Numbered from the stretch's first letter, positions 24,715 to 38,280 are shown. The stretch is 64,000 bases of DNA from Octopus vulgaris (GCA_951406725.2 OX597816.1:140616001-140680000), one strand, 5' to 3'. Notes: generated by a model not told the origin, from the sequence alone. Program-made: numbers and translations.

Positions 24715-24870
24715 TGTGAACAGTGTAAAGCTGTTTACCATAAAAGCTGCATGAACCAGAAAGACCAGTGTCCCAAATGTGAACGACAGCGGGAACGTAT
24801 TCTGAAAGTAGGTCCACTAACCAACTCCTCAGAAGCAGATTATGATATAGTTCCATGGGAAACTATGTAA
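24715..24870 (+). CDS. PLEKHM3: PLEKHM1/PLEKHM3-like gene, terminal coding exon
   Basis: tttcag|CEQCKAVYHKSCMNQKDQCPKCERQRERILKVGPLTNSSEADYDIVPWETM*. Completes the RH zinc-binding CxxC-HxxC-CPxC. Confidence 0.95.
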   Translation, partial: CEQCKAVYHKSCMNQKDQCPKCERQRERILKVGPLTNSSEADYDIVPWETM

Positions 24871-26319
24871 TTAATATCCATAAGTGAGAAAGCTGCCTGG
24901 CTCTCAGATGAAGAGAAATTCTTGTCTATTCACGATGTTCACAAGAGTAGATTTCATCTCATCTGTCTGCACATCTTCACAATGGACATCTTTAAACTAT
25001 CATAGAGATAAACTTGTGCAGCATTAAGTCTGTACATGTCAAAGTTCTGTGGTTAACATTTCATTTATTTGTTAATTTATTGACATTTGTTCCTTAACCA
25101 ACCTTCAGATGTCAGTCTAAGTAACTGATTCATCTGTAGGTGGGATAGTGGAGATACAAGACTACCACTAAACATGCTTCATTTTCTGCATTTTTCTCCT
25201 CATGGATGAGCATTTCCAGTTTTATATGAACAATATTTTATTCTGCTTTAACTCTATCAATTCTGCTGTTAAATGAAACAATTTTTTGTTTGGGGGTTTA
25301 GAACAACTAATATTAACCTAAACATGTATTTTATTTGTTTGTCTATGTGTATTTTATGCATACAAACATGTACACATACATGCAAATACACACATGTTTA
25401 CATTAAGCTGACACTATCAAGAACTACAAATCATATTTAATAATATGGTATTTGGTGAGACAATACTAACTCACAGATGTTTGTTAATTGGGTTTTCTGT
25501 GTGTGTGTTGTGTGTTTTTGTAATATTACCAGACTAGCTAATTTGAGCTGCGCTTTGCTCGGGTTTTGGTGGTGGTGTTGTTTTGTGCGTGTTGTCTCCT
25601 TTTCCCTTTCTTCTTTTGTTCGTCTTCTTTGCTTGGTTCTTTTTATTGCCCTCTTCTTTTCCTTCTTTTTTATTTTTTCTTTGTCTTTATCTTCTTTCTC
25701 TTCTTCCACTCTTTCTTTTCTCCTCATCATCTCCATAGCTGATGACCCCCCCCCCAAATTTTTACACCCACAATTAAAAATAACCACCTCTAGTCCCTGC
25801 AGCAACACGAACAGCCACCATTATTCAAACAGCGCAACCTGTCTATCCCATAAAACTCAATTTTTCCCATATTCTTTACCATGGCAACCAAAAGGTAGCC
25901 CCAAGTGACTTGCAACCCTCCTCACACTATTGCCCACCCCATTTTACCCTCCAGTGTAAATTTTGGCGCCAATCTGACCCCATCTACCACCCCTTAAACC
26001 GTTCTCATCCCAAAATGAGACAAATAACCAAGAAATCAAACAACTTTTCACATTTCAGCTTCATAGATATTGATGGGCCTACTTCTTTGTGCCATTAAGA
26101 CTATAGCTACAAGTATAGTCAATTCAGCCCTAGTGCTACCTAGAAAGCCACATGTAGTACATACATGCATGAACACAACTATTGAGGCATGCTGCAATGC
26201 TGAATTATCTCACTTCATTATTATGCTCAACATCTTTAACTCCACGTAAATAACGATGCATAATTTTAAAAAAGGCTTCCCAGTTTTGTGAGAACACGTC
26301 ACAAGAACGAGCATTTACC

Positions 26320-26760
26320 ATGCTACATGTTTTCTTTCAGTTTCTCTTTAAAACTGAACAAAAAAACCCACTCATCAAGACTGGGTGTCTCATATTTCCC
26401 CAGGATTTACTTTGGTTATTCTCAACTGTCCCATATGTTCTTCATGTCTTATCTGCACTGTGCTTGTGTTATAGAAATTTTGATTTCACTCAGTTTGCAC
26501 TGGACAAAGATGTTCCTAAACTTATTGCTGTCCCATAGATTGTACAAATAATACATATGAAAGTTATGAAAATTATATGTCTTATGCCATATCCTAGCTT
26601 TCGCTCTGTAAAGCAGTGTTGGAAATACAATCACCTTGTAAACATCTAACTTGGTTTTAGCAACATAAGCTAACTGAACTGTAGACAATAAGAGAGAGAC
26701 TAAGCTAACATACACTTTGTATGCCATGAGTGACTCTGCTGTTTTCAAGGATAACACTGC
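26320..26760 (-). mobile_element. Decayed LINE RT C-terminal fragment
   Basis: KTKLDVYKVIVFPTLLYRAKA resembles the TKLxVYKAIVLPTLLYGAETW motif of RTE-type RTs. Confidence 0.7.
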
Positions 26761-27599
26761 TGTTTATAACAAATCCTGTTAACAGAGTGAACTGTTTTCA
26801 GTAGTTTGTTAATTGATTTTATTTGTCTTTTTCTATTCTATAGATAAAATAGTTTTTTGTTGGAGTAACTGCTTTTACCAGTGGATATCTTTCATACTAC
26901 TCACCTTTGAAGTAGAACTGCTCAGAATTGTTATTGCTATTGTTTAATCACAAATTTTCCCTGATAGAGCAGACCTGTGATCTAAGACATTCCAGCCATG
27001 ACCCCTTGTTTTGAAGGATAGAGTATCCAGAGTCACATTGTCTAATGTGTACTTCCTTTTTTCAAGGCACTAGGATGTAATTTGAGAGAGATTTGGCTGC
27101 TATTTCAAGCAAGTTGAGCTTGTCCGTTATGGTGGATACTAAATACCTGGTAACTTCTGAAGAGTCCAGGATATGATTGAGATTTTGATTGAGGGTGGTT
27201 TATAATCTGCTTCACCTTGTTTTTCTGAGGCTGATGGTGTAGTAAAACACCAAGTTGTTGATTATGTTTATAACAGTGATTTATCTTTCTTAAGTCGTTA
27301 TTGCTGATATTGTTATATGACCTTAGTTAAATATGATCAAACAGATTTATTGCAAACAATAACCAATAAATAAGTAACAATCTGTGGCCCCAGTTCACTA
27401 GATATGCTGTGCTTTTGATTGGTTGATGGACACCACTGCACATTTCATCATATGAGGGTAAAGTTTGGTGATCATAGCATTTTCCATAATGTATCATATG
27501 GTAGTCAAGTTAGCAAGGCTTAAGCTAGTATGGGCATTGTAGCACATGTTATAAAAAGTAAAATATAAATCTTTTTTACTCATATAGTAACTTACAATT

Positions 27600-29240
27600 T
27601 AAAAGTTACATTTTCTAGATTTTGTTAATGATACTGGAAATATCTATTTCACATAAAAATGAATCTTGAATGCTTATCACAGTGCAGTGTGGGGTTGTTC
27701 AATCAGCTTTTGTCCATGGAACACATTAATTCATTTTTAATCCTTCTCAGTTTTGAACCTAAGTATTCTCCACTGCAGTTGGTAACATTTGGAAAACAAG
27801 TTTCAAAAAATTACCAAATATTTAGTAGGAAAGCTGTAAGCTCTTGTTTTGCATTAATATGAAGAACAAGATCAGTTTTAAACAGTTTAGTAAACTTTTG
27901 AAATTCTTCCCCAAGACTCTCTACTTGATATGAGTTGACAAGATTCGATGGTCTCTATACAATCTGTTCAGGTATAAATGATAACTTCAATTGCTGAAGA
28001 AAGCCAAATACACCATTCATCTTTTGATATGCTTTCAAAGCGTTTTGACAGTGCAGAAAGCAAGATATCAAATGGTATTGAGCAAGAAGCCAAGTATTTT
28101 TCTGAGTGTGAAGATTATTAGTAACAGACATGAAGGAAATGCAAGCAGAATTGCAAGTATGAAGATTTCAAAGGTTCCAACACTCTTGGTCTACACGCTG
28201 AATCACAAATCTAGCCCTGACAGCAAAATATAGCATATATCCAAAGCCAGCTAGTATGCATATCTGAATATATCAGGAGTAGAATCCAGCTATACACAAT
28301 AATGCTTACTTTTCTTCTCTTCACAGATAATGTGACTAAGTAAGATGAATCCAATCAGTTTGGTGAATTCCTCATTTTTATGATAGGTATGATTTTATGT
28401 CCTTTATGTTTGTATGAGTTTATATGCTCTACTAGAAAAGGGTAAAACTTGATCAGTAGTTCTGACAATCCAAAGTAATTTCCATATTGAAGAAAGTCAG
28501 TAGTTTCATTACTACTATGAAATGAAAGGACTTGTTCTGCTTATAATTTTACAGTTTCAGTAATTTGATCTAGAAGTGTAAGTCAGTACTTTTGTTTAAT
28601 CCCTTGTCTCTTTCACAGGCTGGGAAGTAACATGTTCAGCTTTGTTCTCGTGCATCAACAGTGAAATTAAATCTTGTTTATATGAAGAACTTCCTTCATG
28701 TCAGTCTAATAGATTGCTTATATTTTCCCACTCATTAAACTGCTTTCCACTAAACTGAAATCATAAACTTGCATGGAAAACAGAACAGGCTTCCTTTCTG
28801 GACAGCGTAACCAATTTCTTGCATGCTTCTTGTTTATTGGTTTATGGAGATGTACAAAATAAACTTCTGACTGTGCCAAGGTTTCTTTTCGTTGTCATAC
28901 TATTATATGGATTTCGAAAATGTCATTTTTGTTGACATTCATCTCTTCCTTTGGTTAGTTAATACTCATGATCACAATCATCTACATTGTTTGCCCATTC
29001 ACCAATATTGTAGAATACTTTTCACTTGTTTCACATTCAATGGATGCTGTCTGTTACTGTCTCTCTTCTGCTGCACTAGTTCTAATTGTTCTTATATTCC
29101 TGACTTCAACTTTTACAGCTTCATCATCATCTCTATGAACATGAAGTATTCTGTGAACTTGTGTGTTTTTTATATCATAGGCTGATCTCTTATTTCTTTT
29201 TCTTCCTTCACTTTGTTTTGTGCATTTCCAGAAACATAAT
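27600..29240 (-). mobile_element. Decayed hAT transposase (ZMYM1-like: TTF zinc finger, DUF4371, hAT dimerisation domain)
   Basis: Manual minus-strand translation across frameshifts gives RNWLRCPERK..CFPCKF, FNEWENISNLLD*HE, YGNYFGLSELL, LDSTPDI and FPNV-TNCSGE..SKLRRIKNELMCSM..LNN..EIDISSIINK. Confidence 0.8.
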
Positions 29241-29350
29241 AATGTTCAATGTCCTTTTGCTATTGCAATGGGAAAATGTCAATAAAATATTCATTTAAAA
29301 ACAAGTAGATTATGTAAATAAACATACAGACTGCACCGGTAAGCACCAAA

Positions 29351-29412
29351 GTAGAGCGCTATAAGGTAGCAGTTTCAAAGCGTAGAGTGGTATAAGGTAG
29401 CAGTTTCAGAGT
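29351..29412. repeat. 31-bp tandem duplication, possibly subterminal to the hAT element
   Basis: gtagagcgctataaggtagcagtttcaaagc / gtagagtggtataaggtagcagtttcagagt. Confidence 0.85.
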
Positions 29413-29869
29413 GTAGTATATTATATGGATTGTGGGGAAATAAAGTCCAGTCTGATTTTGAAAAAAAAATTCAATAAATAAAAGTAGCAGCAAAGAAAAA
29501 AAAATAATAATAAACAAATTCTTCAGTGTAGTTCAAGGAAGATGCAGATCAAGTTAATTAACTGAATGGTTGGTCTTTTAGCCTGTTTTGCTTGCAAGTA
29601 GAACAGGTTGAATGTTTGCAGTACCAGGTTTTTAGATAAAGGAATAAGAGAGAATGTAAACATGACTAACTTATCCAATAATAAGCAAAAAAAAAGCTTG
29701 CAATAACTGCAATTACAAAGTATTTATAATAGCTTGTGGGCCAAACTTCAAAAGGCTGAGTCAAGGAGCTATTTTGATTACCAAACTAATTCTGAGTGGC
29801 AATTCTCATATGGAACTTGCAAAATTGTGGGTTTACTTCTTTAAAAAGTTTAGTTACACTTTGTTTATA

Positions 29870-32393
29870 TCTGAACCAATACAAAGCTATTTTATTGAAC
29901 TAAGATTATTTTAATGGATCCAACTGCATATTTAAAGAACTAATGCATATAGATCAGCAAGCAGAATGGATAAAGTTGGACTAATTGAAGTGAATACAAG
30001 AGTTCTAGGATTTATTTTATCAAAAGCTTCATATTTACCTTCTAGTCAATGTGTTTGAGCAATTTAGAAGGTTAGCCTCAGAATATGATAGCTTAGACAT
30101 GTTAAATTATGTTAGTAATCCCTCATCATGGGTTCCATCCCTAGGAACACCCATTCATTAACAATTCAGAAATTTATTACACATTTGAACAGTGAATCCA
30201 AAGTGGAATGACCTTAATTAATGAACATTTATTTATCTGTAAACACTGATATATCATAGAACTACTTTCCTTCCCTACTGATGAATTCTCTTATGTTTGT
30301 TAATATTAACAACCTTCATTGCAATACCTTTAAAACAAATCACTGTGGAAAATTTAGATAGGTGAATCCTTCCTCTATAGATTATGATTTCATTTTAGGC
30401 CAAACCTAAAAGATATGAAGCTTAAATGTTGCAACATTATGCAAATTCACTAACAAATGTGTAAGTTAAATATTCTCACCTGATGTTAAACTCTAATATG
30501 TAGATTTGTGTTGTTAGCATCAATTTAATGCTGAGCTGTTCCTTGCTTGTTTAAAAATCTCAATTTGATTTCATGGGAATAATTAACATTCCACTGTCTA
30601 CAATATGCAATAATCTGATTCAACTGACTATATTTATGAGATAAATGATAATTAAGCTCAAGTATTGTATGTTGAGTTTAATGCATTGAAAAGAAATCTG
30701 TTAATAAGCATCCTATGAAAGCCCGTTGTCTTTTTCATTTCTTTAATTTAAAGTATTTTTCATCTTTGAAGTATTCAAAATATTAGATCAACCTTAAATA
30801 CCCAGTCTTTCATAAAGCATAGAGTACTATAATAATCATGTGCTGAATTAAGAGTGCTAGTTTACAGGAATTTAATATGGAGCCAGTCTTGTTACTAGAT
30901 TAATCCAGCTCTGCAGATCAGGGTCCCACCTAAATGTTAGACTTCTTTTTCACAGCAAAATAATTTACTTTACTTTTCAATTTTTTATTTATTTGTTTGT
31001 TTGGGTTTTTTTTTTTTTGGATTGTAAAACAGTAGAATCAGAAGGAACTGGTTAAATACTGTAGACTAACACATTAAAGTTGGTTGATGAATACTGTTGA
31101 TTCTTGGAGATTTATTATGAGTGATTGACCCTCCTCAAAGTTTGGTCCTTGTATATACTTTAGTGTGGATATAGCTACTGTGCTGGTCTAGATCAAATGG
31201 AAAAGTTATTGTTGGAAGAACAATTTTATAGAATTCTAAAGAATTATTGATGTGTCTCCTTGATTTTTGGTGGTCAAATAAGTAATTATTGGAACTCTAA
31301 GGGTTACAGTTGAATAACTAATTACTGAAACTATAATGGTTACAGCCATTGGCTACATTACCCTCTTGTCTAAGTGGTACTTAATATTGATTTTTATTTG
31401 TCCCCTCTCTAAAACCCTCTTTAGCTAATTGTACCAGATATTGGTTGATGTCCCCCTCCCTTTCAAGATGCCAAATGTAATATACAACAAAAATCAAAGG
31501 TCTATGCCCTACAGAATGGAATGTCATAGAGTTTTCTCTTATCACCAACTTCTTACACTTATACATGCAAAAACTGCCTCAATGTTCACGTTACAGCTCC
31601 ACTCATTCACAGCTCATCAGAAATAGCTCACTACTTTGAATCCTAGTTTCACAACTACAATGTAATAGTAACACTAAACAATTCCTCTCTACTACACAAC
31701 ATACACTAAAGAGCATTGTTTTATACCTCACACTGTATTCTATAAAATATATCCCACACCCAATAATACAAGATTTGTGTGCTTGTCTGTTAACTTACAC
31801 AAATGTCTGTGTGTGAGTACACTTTGTATATAATATTTCAAACTACCTATTTATTAAATTCAAATTCTAATGACATATTTTATTTTTCAAAATATTTAAA
31901 AATTGTGCTGTTGTTCTGACTCTTCAGTCTATTGAAAAAAAAAAAAAAAACATTAATTTTTTAAATTTCATTTCGTATTTGTTTTATTTCATATTTTGTA
32001 ATGTTTTACTGTTGATAATATATTTTTCTTATTTTATTTTTGTTAATCTTTTATTGATCCAATTTCTTCCAAATCATCTAATGGTATGCTTTCCTGTTTG
32101 AACAGTGGCATAATAACCTGTAGCGTTTGCAAGGGCTGTAGACATTGCCTTTCTTCCTTGGCAAAATCTGGAAATTAAATTATTCTTCATCTTAATAACA
32201 AATAATTCAGTTAAGTAATATCATCCATATTCATGACATATTTATCAAGATCTTTTCTATCACAGCCTTCTAAAGTACTACATAGAGCAATGAATGCAAC
32301 TTACTGTGGAATCATTTGCTTTTCATATACAATGACCAGATATTTGGATTCTGTTGCAAGAAGATCCCTAATTAGAAGTTGTTTTTCAAACAT
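29870..32393 (-). pseudogene. Decayed DH+BAR RhoGEF (DNMBP/Tuba or ARHGEF37/38-like) pseudogene
   Basis: Collinear motifs on the minus strand: LLIRDLLATESKYL, DLDKYVMNMDDI, LQESTVFINQL (about 31100), SKVNYFAVKKKSN (30974-30936), KDEKY (30767) and SLNMQL (about 29935). Many stops and frameshifts. Homology judged from the remembered DNMBP sequence, not from a search. Confidence 0.55.
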
Positions 32394-35230
32394 ATTTATA
32401 GTATTTATTCTTCTGATGCAGATAAGCTGTTAGTATTTGGTGATGAATATATTTAGCTTTAATTAAATAAAGTTGAAACATATCTTAGTCTCTGCCTACA
32501 ATATGATAAAGGAATAATGGAAGAAAAAAATCAGTTTTAATCATAGCGACATACTGGATATTTTGGCTGTGTTAAGTTGGACAAAAATCTTGATATTCTC
32601 TATGTCAGTTTTCTTAAACTTATGTTGAAGGAAAATTTGTAATTGGATGGAAGTTTAATGACAATGGCTCTTGTTTATGAATTATCTTAACATTCTCAGA
32701 TAAAAAAAAAAAAACATTCTTATCTAACATTAAAATTAATCTATGATTGAAATTAATCCACACCTTTAATTATGCTGAATCAATATGATTCTGTTGACAT
32801 TATAGTGAATATTATTTTTTAAGTAACTTATAAATTATTTCTGTCTCTATTATTTGGATGGAATATGAGACTTAGATTAAATACTGAAATACAAAGCAGT
32901 AAGACCAACTCAGTTGAGATTTAGATGTACAGAATTAGCTTATTTCTAAAGAATTGTTGAAGATGTCATTAATTTGTGCCTGAATAAAACAACAAAATTT
33001 CCAAAGGTTATATACATAACCTTCTATAACAATGATTACTTAAAAAGGAATTGTATGTAACAAATTGGAACATAACTTGGTAGGCGTAAATATTAATTTC
33101 TAATTTTAATCAAAATGCCAAAATTTGCAGAGAGAGATTTTGTTGATTTAGTCAGTCACAGTACTTGACTGGAATTTATTTTACTGCTCCAGGAAGGAAG
33201 AAAGGCAACATCAACAACAGTGGTATTTGAACATGGATTTGAACATAACTAAATACCACAAGGTATGTAGTTAGATGCTTTACTACATCTGCCACTCACA
33301 CCCTGAGTAGCAGCAAATATTGCATTAGGGTCAAGTTAATTATGACACAAAGCATAAAAATATGTTATGCAAGTGATAAAGCATAAATAGTGTTAATATT
33401 TAAAATTATTTGACTACACATGACAATGGTATCTCAATGAATAACAAATATTTAATATCATTTTGTGATCATTTTCCAATTAAGACACATTCCTTCTGTG
33501 TTGATGTAAAAATGCCAAAAGTATTCTTATCAAATGTAGTTATTTTGTTTAAGTAGTTAACTAACTAAACTATTGCCTGGTACTATTTCAAGATATGATA
33601 TTTGTCATTTCACTAGATGCTCAAAGATTTTCTAATAGTTTACATAAACTGAACGACATTTAGATCGAGATTAAAAATTTTAAATTAAATATGATGTTAT
33701 TGACATTTCAAAGATTACAACTCGCTGGCAGCAGTGCTATACTTTTTTTTTTTTTTTTTCAAATTCTACTTTTGTAATAAAAATATTTTAAAAAATCACA
33801 TACATTTGATTGTTAAATAATATCAGATCAAATATGTCGAATGTTATTTTGTTCTATTGAACTCAATATAGAGAAAAGGCAGGAATTATTTTCTCTAATT
33901 TCGGCAACATTCCAAGTAAACTTTTGATTAAAGAAAGAAAATCTCAGATAGGTGTATCAACAGGCCATGGCAAGGTTAGTAGCACCTCCTGGTGCTATAA
34001 TCATAATATAATTTCACTATCTTTCTCATGAATATGGCAACTGAAAATAAAACACATAAACATTTGAAGTTTGTTGGGATGTTTCAGTGAAAATATCTAA
34101 AAAAAAATTGTAACACAACACAGCACTTAAATGAATATCTAAAACTGTTTGCACTCCAGCAGCAATCACTGTAAATGGAAGATCAGTGACAAATGTTCTA
34201 AATAAACATTTTATTGAACACAATATAATTTTCTTCTTCATTGCTAATGTCATCCACCTATCTTTGTGTGTATGTATGTGCATGTGTGTATATATATTAT
34301 TTTAGTGTGAGAGAGGTGGGGGAGGGGTACAATGCTCATAAACTTTGCAGGTTCTCCCAGTCCCACAAGAAAATTAAATCCATCTAGTAAAGAGCATGTT
34401 TGTGCATGTTAATGGCTCTGAAGAGTAACTTTGTCTTTGGTACGCAGTTTTGTCTGTTATACCTATGGGGTCACCATGGCAGATGATCTGAGATATCATA
34501 GGCCTTATATTTGTAAATCTATGAAAATTTTGAAAACTGTTCCAAAGTTGAGAATGTAGAATTCAGCTACACTTAAACCCCATTGCTTCAAACAATTCTC
34601 AAATTCCTGCAAATAGAATGAACACTTGATTTTTCATAGAATATTTTCCCTCAAAAGCTCTGGACATAACATCTCAAGAAGCATTACGATAACTTTAAGC
34701 ACACTTTTTCTTTGTCATAAATCAAATAATTTATAGAATGTTTCTGAGTGTGTGTATAAGGTTATAGAATTTTTTTTTTCTTTCAGGCTTTTCAAAATTA
34801 TTTTCAAATCAAATAAATTGAGCAAAATATAAACAATAAAATGAAAACCCCTCTGTACCTTTTGGCTGCATAGGGTTCTTATGAATTCATACTATGTTAA
34901 TTTTGAGAATTCAATGAAGTTTCATTGGCAGTTTCTTTTTCACATCAGATTTGATGCTAATCCTTTGCAATAACTTTCTTGACGGGACTTCAGTTATGTA
35001 AAGAATTCATCAGAGTACAAGCAAGAACAAAGAACATATGGAACAATTAATCCCAACACATTTTTTTTCTCCATTTGTTTTCCTCTCATCCCTTTCTGTC
35101 AAAGAATGTAGGCTCAAATTTTCAAAGACTTTGCCATTTTTCTCCACACATCTAACTAATATACCTGCTTATTGTCCCTTCACCTGTCTCTGTCTTTTAT
35201 TTTCTGTACATTTGAACCATATACTAGAAC

Positions 35231-35745
35231 TTGTTGTATTTAGGAATGGTCATTTTGCCAGTTTAGCCAATAAAAACACACGCACTATATATTTGGTGTT
35301 ACTTTGCTTCAGCGTTATTCATTTTTTACATTAATCTTAATCTTATTTCAGCCAGAGTTCTTTCATAACACTCCTCTGACCTCATCAGTGGTCCTTTGCT
35401 TTCTTCTTTCATATTTGTGTGTCTCTCCTTACTACTAACGGTCAACCATTTTGTATTTTGTATTCCAATTGTATGTGTCTTCATTTGCGCATGCATATAT
35501 CTCTGTGTGTCTATGTTTAGTTAGTGGGGGGGGGAGTGCCTGTAATATTTGTAAGGAGAGACACACAAATACAAAAGCAAAGGACCACTGATGAGGTCAG
35601 AGGAGTGTGACGAAAGAACTCTGGCTGAAATAAGATTAAGATTAATGTAAAAAATGAATAACGCTGAAGCAAAGTAACACCAAATATATTGTGCGTGTGT
35701 TTTTATTGGCTAAACTGGCAAAATGATCATTCCTAAATACAACAA
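35231..35745. repeat. About 200-bp inverted repeat of a hammerhead-bearing pLTR-like sequence
   Basis: Arms 35231-35432 and 35551-35745 are near-identical reverse complements. The right arm has cca-CTGATGA-g-GTCA...TGAC-GAAA-gaaCTC-tgg. Confidence 0.9.
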
Positions 35746-35813
35746 TATCTGTTTCAACACACAGATTTCACATCAAAAATCTTGCAAAACAAATATATAA
35801 ACGTAATATACTA

Positions 35814-36290
35814 GTGGAAAAGGGATCTACTGTTACTAGTGTAGGCTATAGTGAATTGCTGGCCAACAAACTAAAACCAGCAATTTGTACTAAATACCAA
35901 GGTCTATTGTCAAATCAAGTGTTGTTGTTGCACACCCACATATGGCCACTCACACTATCAAAACCAATGAAAAACTGGCTTTTGAGTTGCTGGAACATCC
36001 TGAATACAGTCCAGATCTCACCCCTTCCAACTATCAGCTCTTTCGACTGCTCAAAAATCCTTTACAAGGTTGTCAATTTGCTACAGACGAAAAAGCACAG
36101 GAAGTAATGCATAAATGGCTGCATGACCAACTGGAAACCTTTTTCTCCAATGAAACAAGCTGGTGGACACTGGAAGAAGTGCATTGAAAAGCAAGAAGAC
36201 TGTCAACAAATGATGTAATTGTTCAACCTCTACTTTTGTCTTAATAAATTACAGAAACAATAGTTCGTATAATTTTTGACTTACATTCAT
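35814..36290 (+). mobile_element. Mariner transposase 3' fragment with a probable right TIR
   Basis: LLEHPEYSPDLTPSNYQLF motif, frameshifted. Confidence 0.85.
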
Positions 36291-37329
36291 ATTTTAGAAT
36301 GATATTGTAGGGCATGTGTGAGTGGCCAGATCTAACCAGTTTGAACATAAAACAGGTAGAATACTTTGGCCAGGTATCACCAGTTTAAATGCTAAATGGC
36401 TAAACATACTTTTTTCTTTTCATTTATTTATTTTGAGTTGAAGTTACATTTAAATTTTGCGCCATGCTAACAGGCTGTATAGTATCTAAGTCTTCAAATT
36501 CAAAGTTGTAGAAATATCTTAAAGCAGCTGTAACTGAAAGACACAACTTTCTTCAGTGTGGGTCTGCTGATATTCATTCCAATTCACCTGAAGGTTGATT
36601 TCAGAATGACAACAATTTCCAAGTTTTTTCTTTTGTTAGAAGTAGTCAAATTACATTTGATGAGACCAATTGACTTGACTGACCTTGGTGTGGGAGTTAC
36701 AGAGTTTTGGAGAGTGTGGGACCACTTCGTAGCCACTATTGTTCTCTGGTCTACTACTCTGACTTGGATTAGTAGCACCTGCTAGGTTCCCAGCTGTGGG
36801 TTGACTTGTACATGTACCACTCTCTTCAAACCTAGGCTATGTCAGCTTTGATAAATGACAGTGACTAGGTCAGCGAATCCCCTTTGATGATTGACAATTA
36901 ATGGCAAGATAAGCAGCTACAGATCAACCCCAGTACTTATTTTTTAAAGTTTGGTACTTATAGTATCAGCCTCTTTTCATCAAATCACTAAGTTACAGGA
37001 ACATAAACAAACCAACATCAGTTGTCAAGCAGTGGGGTGGAGGACAAAGGACAAATAAAGACATAACATTCTTCTTTCAGTTTCTGTCTACCAAATCCAG
37101 TCACAAGGCTTGGTGCTATAGTTGAAGACACTTGCTTAAGGTGCCACACAGTGGTACTGAAACCAGAACCATGTAATTGGGCTGTAAACTTCTTAATATC
37201 TGTTGCATTGTTGAAACGTTCTTTGTGAAATCTGGAGTTTGTGGGTATGGAGTGGTTCACTGAGCAGAAATGACAGGAATTGTCTCATAAGTACTTGGTA
37301 AATTGGTCCACTAAATTAGAAACAGTTTA

Positions 37330-38280
37330 TCAAATGTATAAAGGCTCACAGATTTCATTAAATACAGTAGATGATCTTGATAGAGGTGCAAGAGAAATAG
37401 TTAATGTTTACTGTGTGATGGCTGAGTCCTATGAGAAAAGTGATGTCAATGAGGAATGGATTGGATGTTTGGCCAAATGGTGGCTTGATCAAATTGCAGT
37501 GCACTCATTGATGAAACTAGGATTGCTGACCAAGATTTTGCTGATGATGCTGTTATTCTTGCTAAATCTCTGGATGTCTTCAGGAGCACCATCTCCTTTC
37601 ATTGAGTGAGGAAACAGAACCACTTGGCCTTAGAGTCTTTTGGATCAAGACAAAGATCTAGTCCTTCATTGGCTTCTTGGAAGATTCTATCTCGTCTGTC
37701 TCTGTTGTGGGTGAGATCGTCAGTTGTTGACTGCTTCACTTATCTCAGCAGTAAGATTTATAGTGACATTAGCTGCAAGTCTGAAGTCCTAAAAAAGACA
37801 CATTGGACAGGGATGCTTGGCACTACTGATGGCTGAGCAGAACAAAAGTTCAGATCTTTTGGTTTCTAGTTCTCCCTGTCTTGTCCTATAGTTGTGAGAT
37901 TTGGACAGGGGCCCTTAGGAGCTGCCTGAACTCCTTCAGTATTAGGATGCTTCTCAAGGTTATGGATTAACATTGGTCAGCTTTCATATCCAGCTAACAA
38001 CTCTACTTGGAAACTGGGATGCATCCTGTTACTCGTATAATTCTGGAGTGCCAGCTTAGACTGTTTGGCCATGTTGCTCAATTTTGATTTAGACCCCACT
38101 TACCATTCTTTTCCCTGAGGATCTGGCTGGGTTAACAGCTTGACCACTGCAGATGATCAGATATCTATGGCGACTGGCTGGGATTCTGCTCGATGGGTCA
38201 CTCGGGAAGAACCAAGAATATACTGACAAATAGTGAATACAGCAAGTGCATGCCATCCCCTTCTAATTTGACCTGGTTTG
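37330..38280 (+). mobile_element. Decayed RTE-like LINE RT
   Basis: DQDFADDAVIL, VDCFTYLSS, LVLPVLSYSCEIW and QLRLFGHVA occur in different frames. Confidence 0.8.

Noticed and set aside
25437-25908. 123-aa and 143-aa overlapping ORFs
   Set aside because: Low-complexity pyrimidine/purine tract with no splice context or domain.
29870-32393. Stops in the RhoGEF-like region rescued by A-to-I editing, giving a cryptic live gene
   Set aside because: Frameshifts and deletions are also present, and editing cannot repair them.
33943-34016. Box C/D snoRNA on the minus strand (atgatta...ctga)
   Set aside because: The C box is degenerate, the terminal stem is weak, and I could not recognise an rRNA or snRNA guide match.
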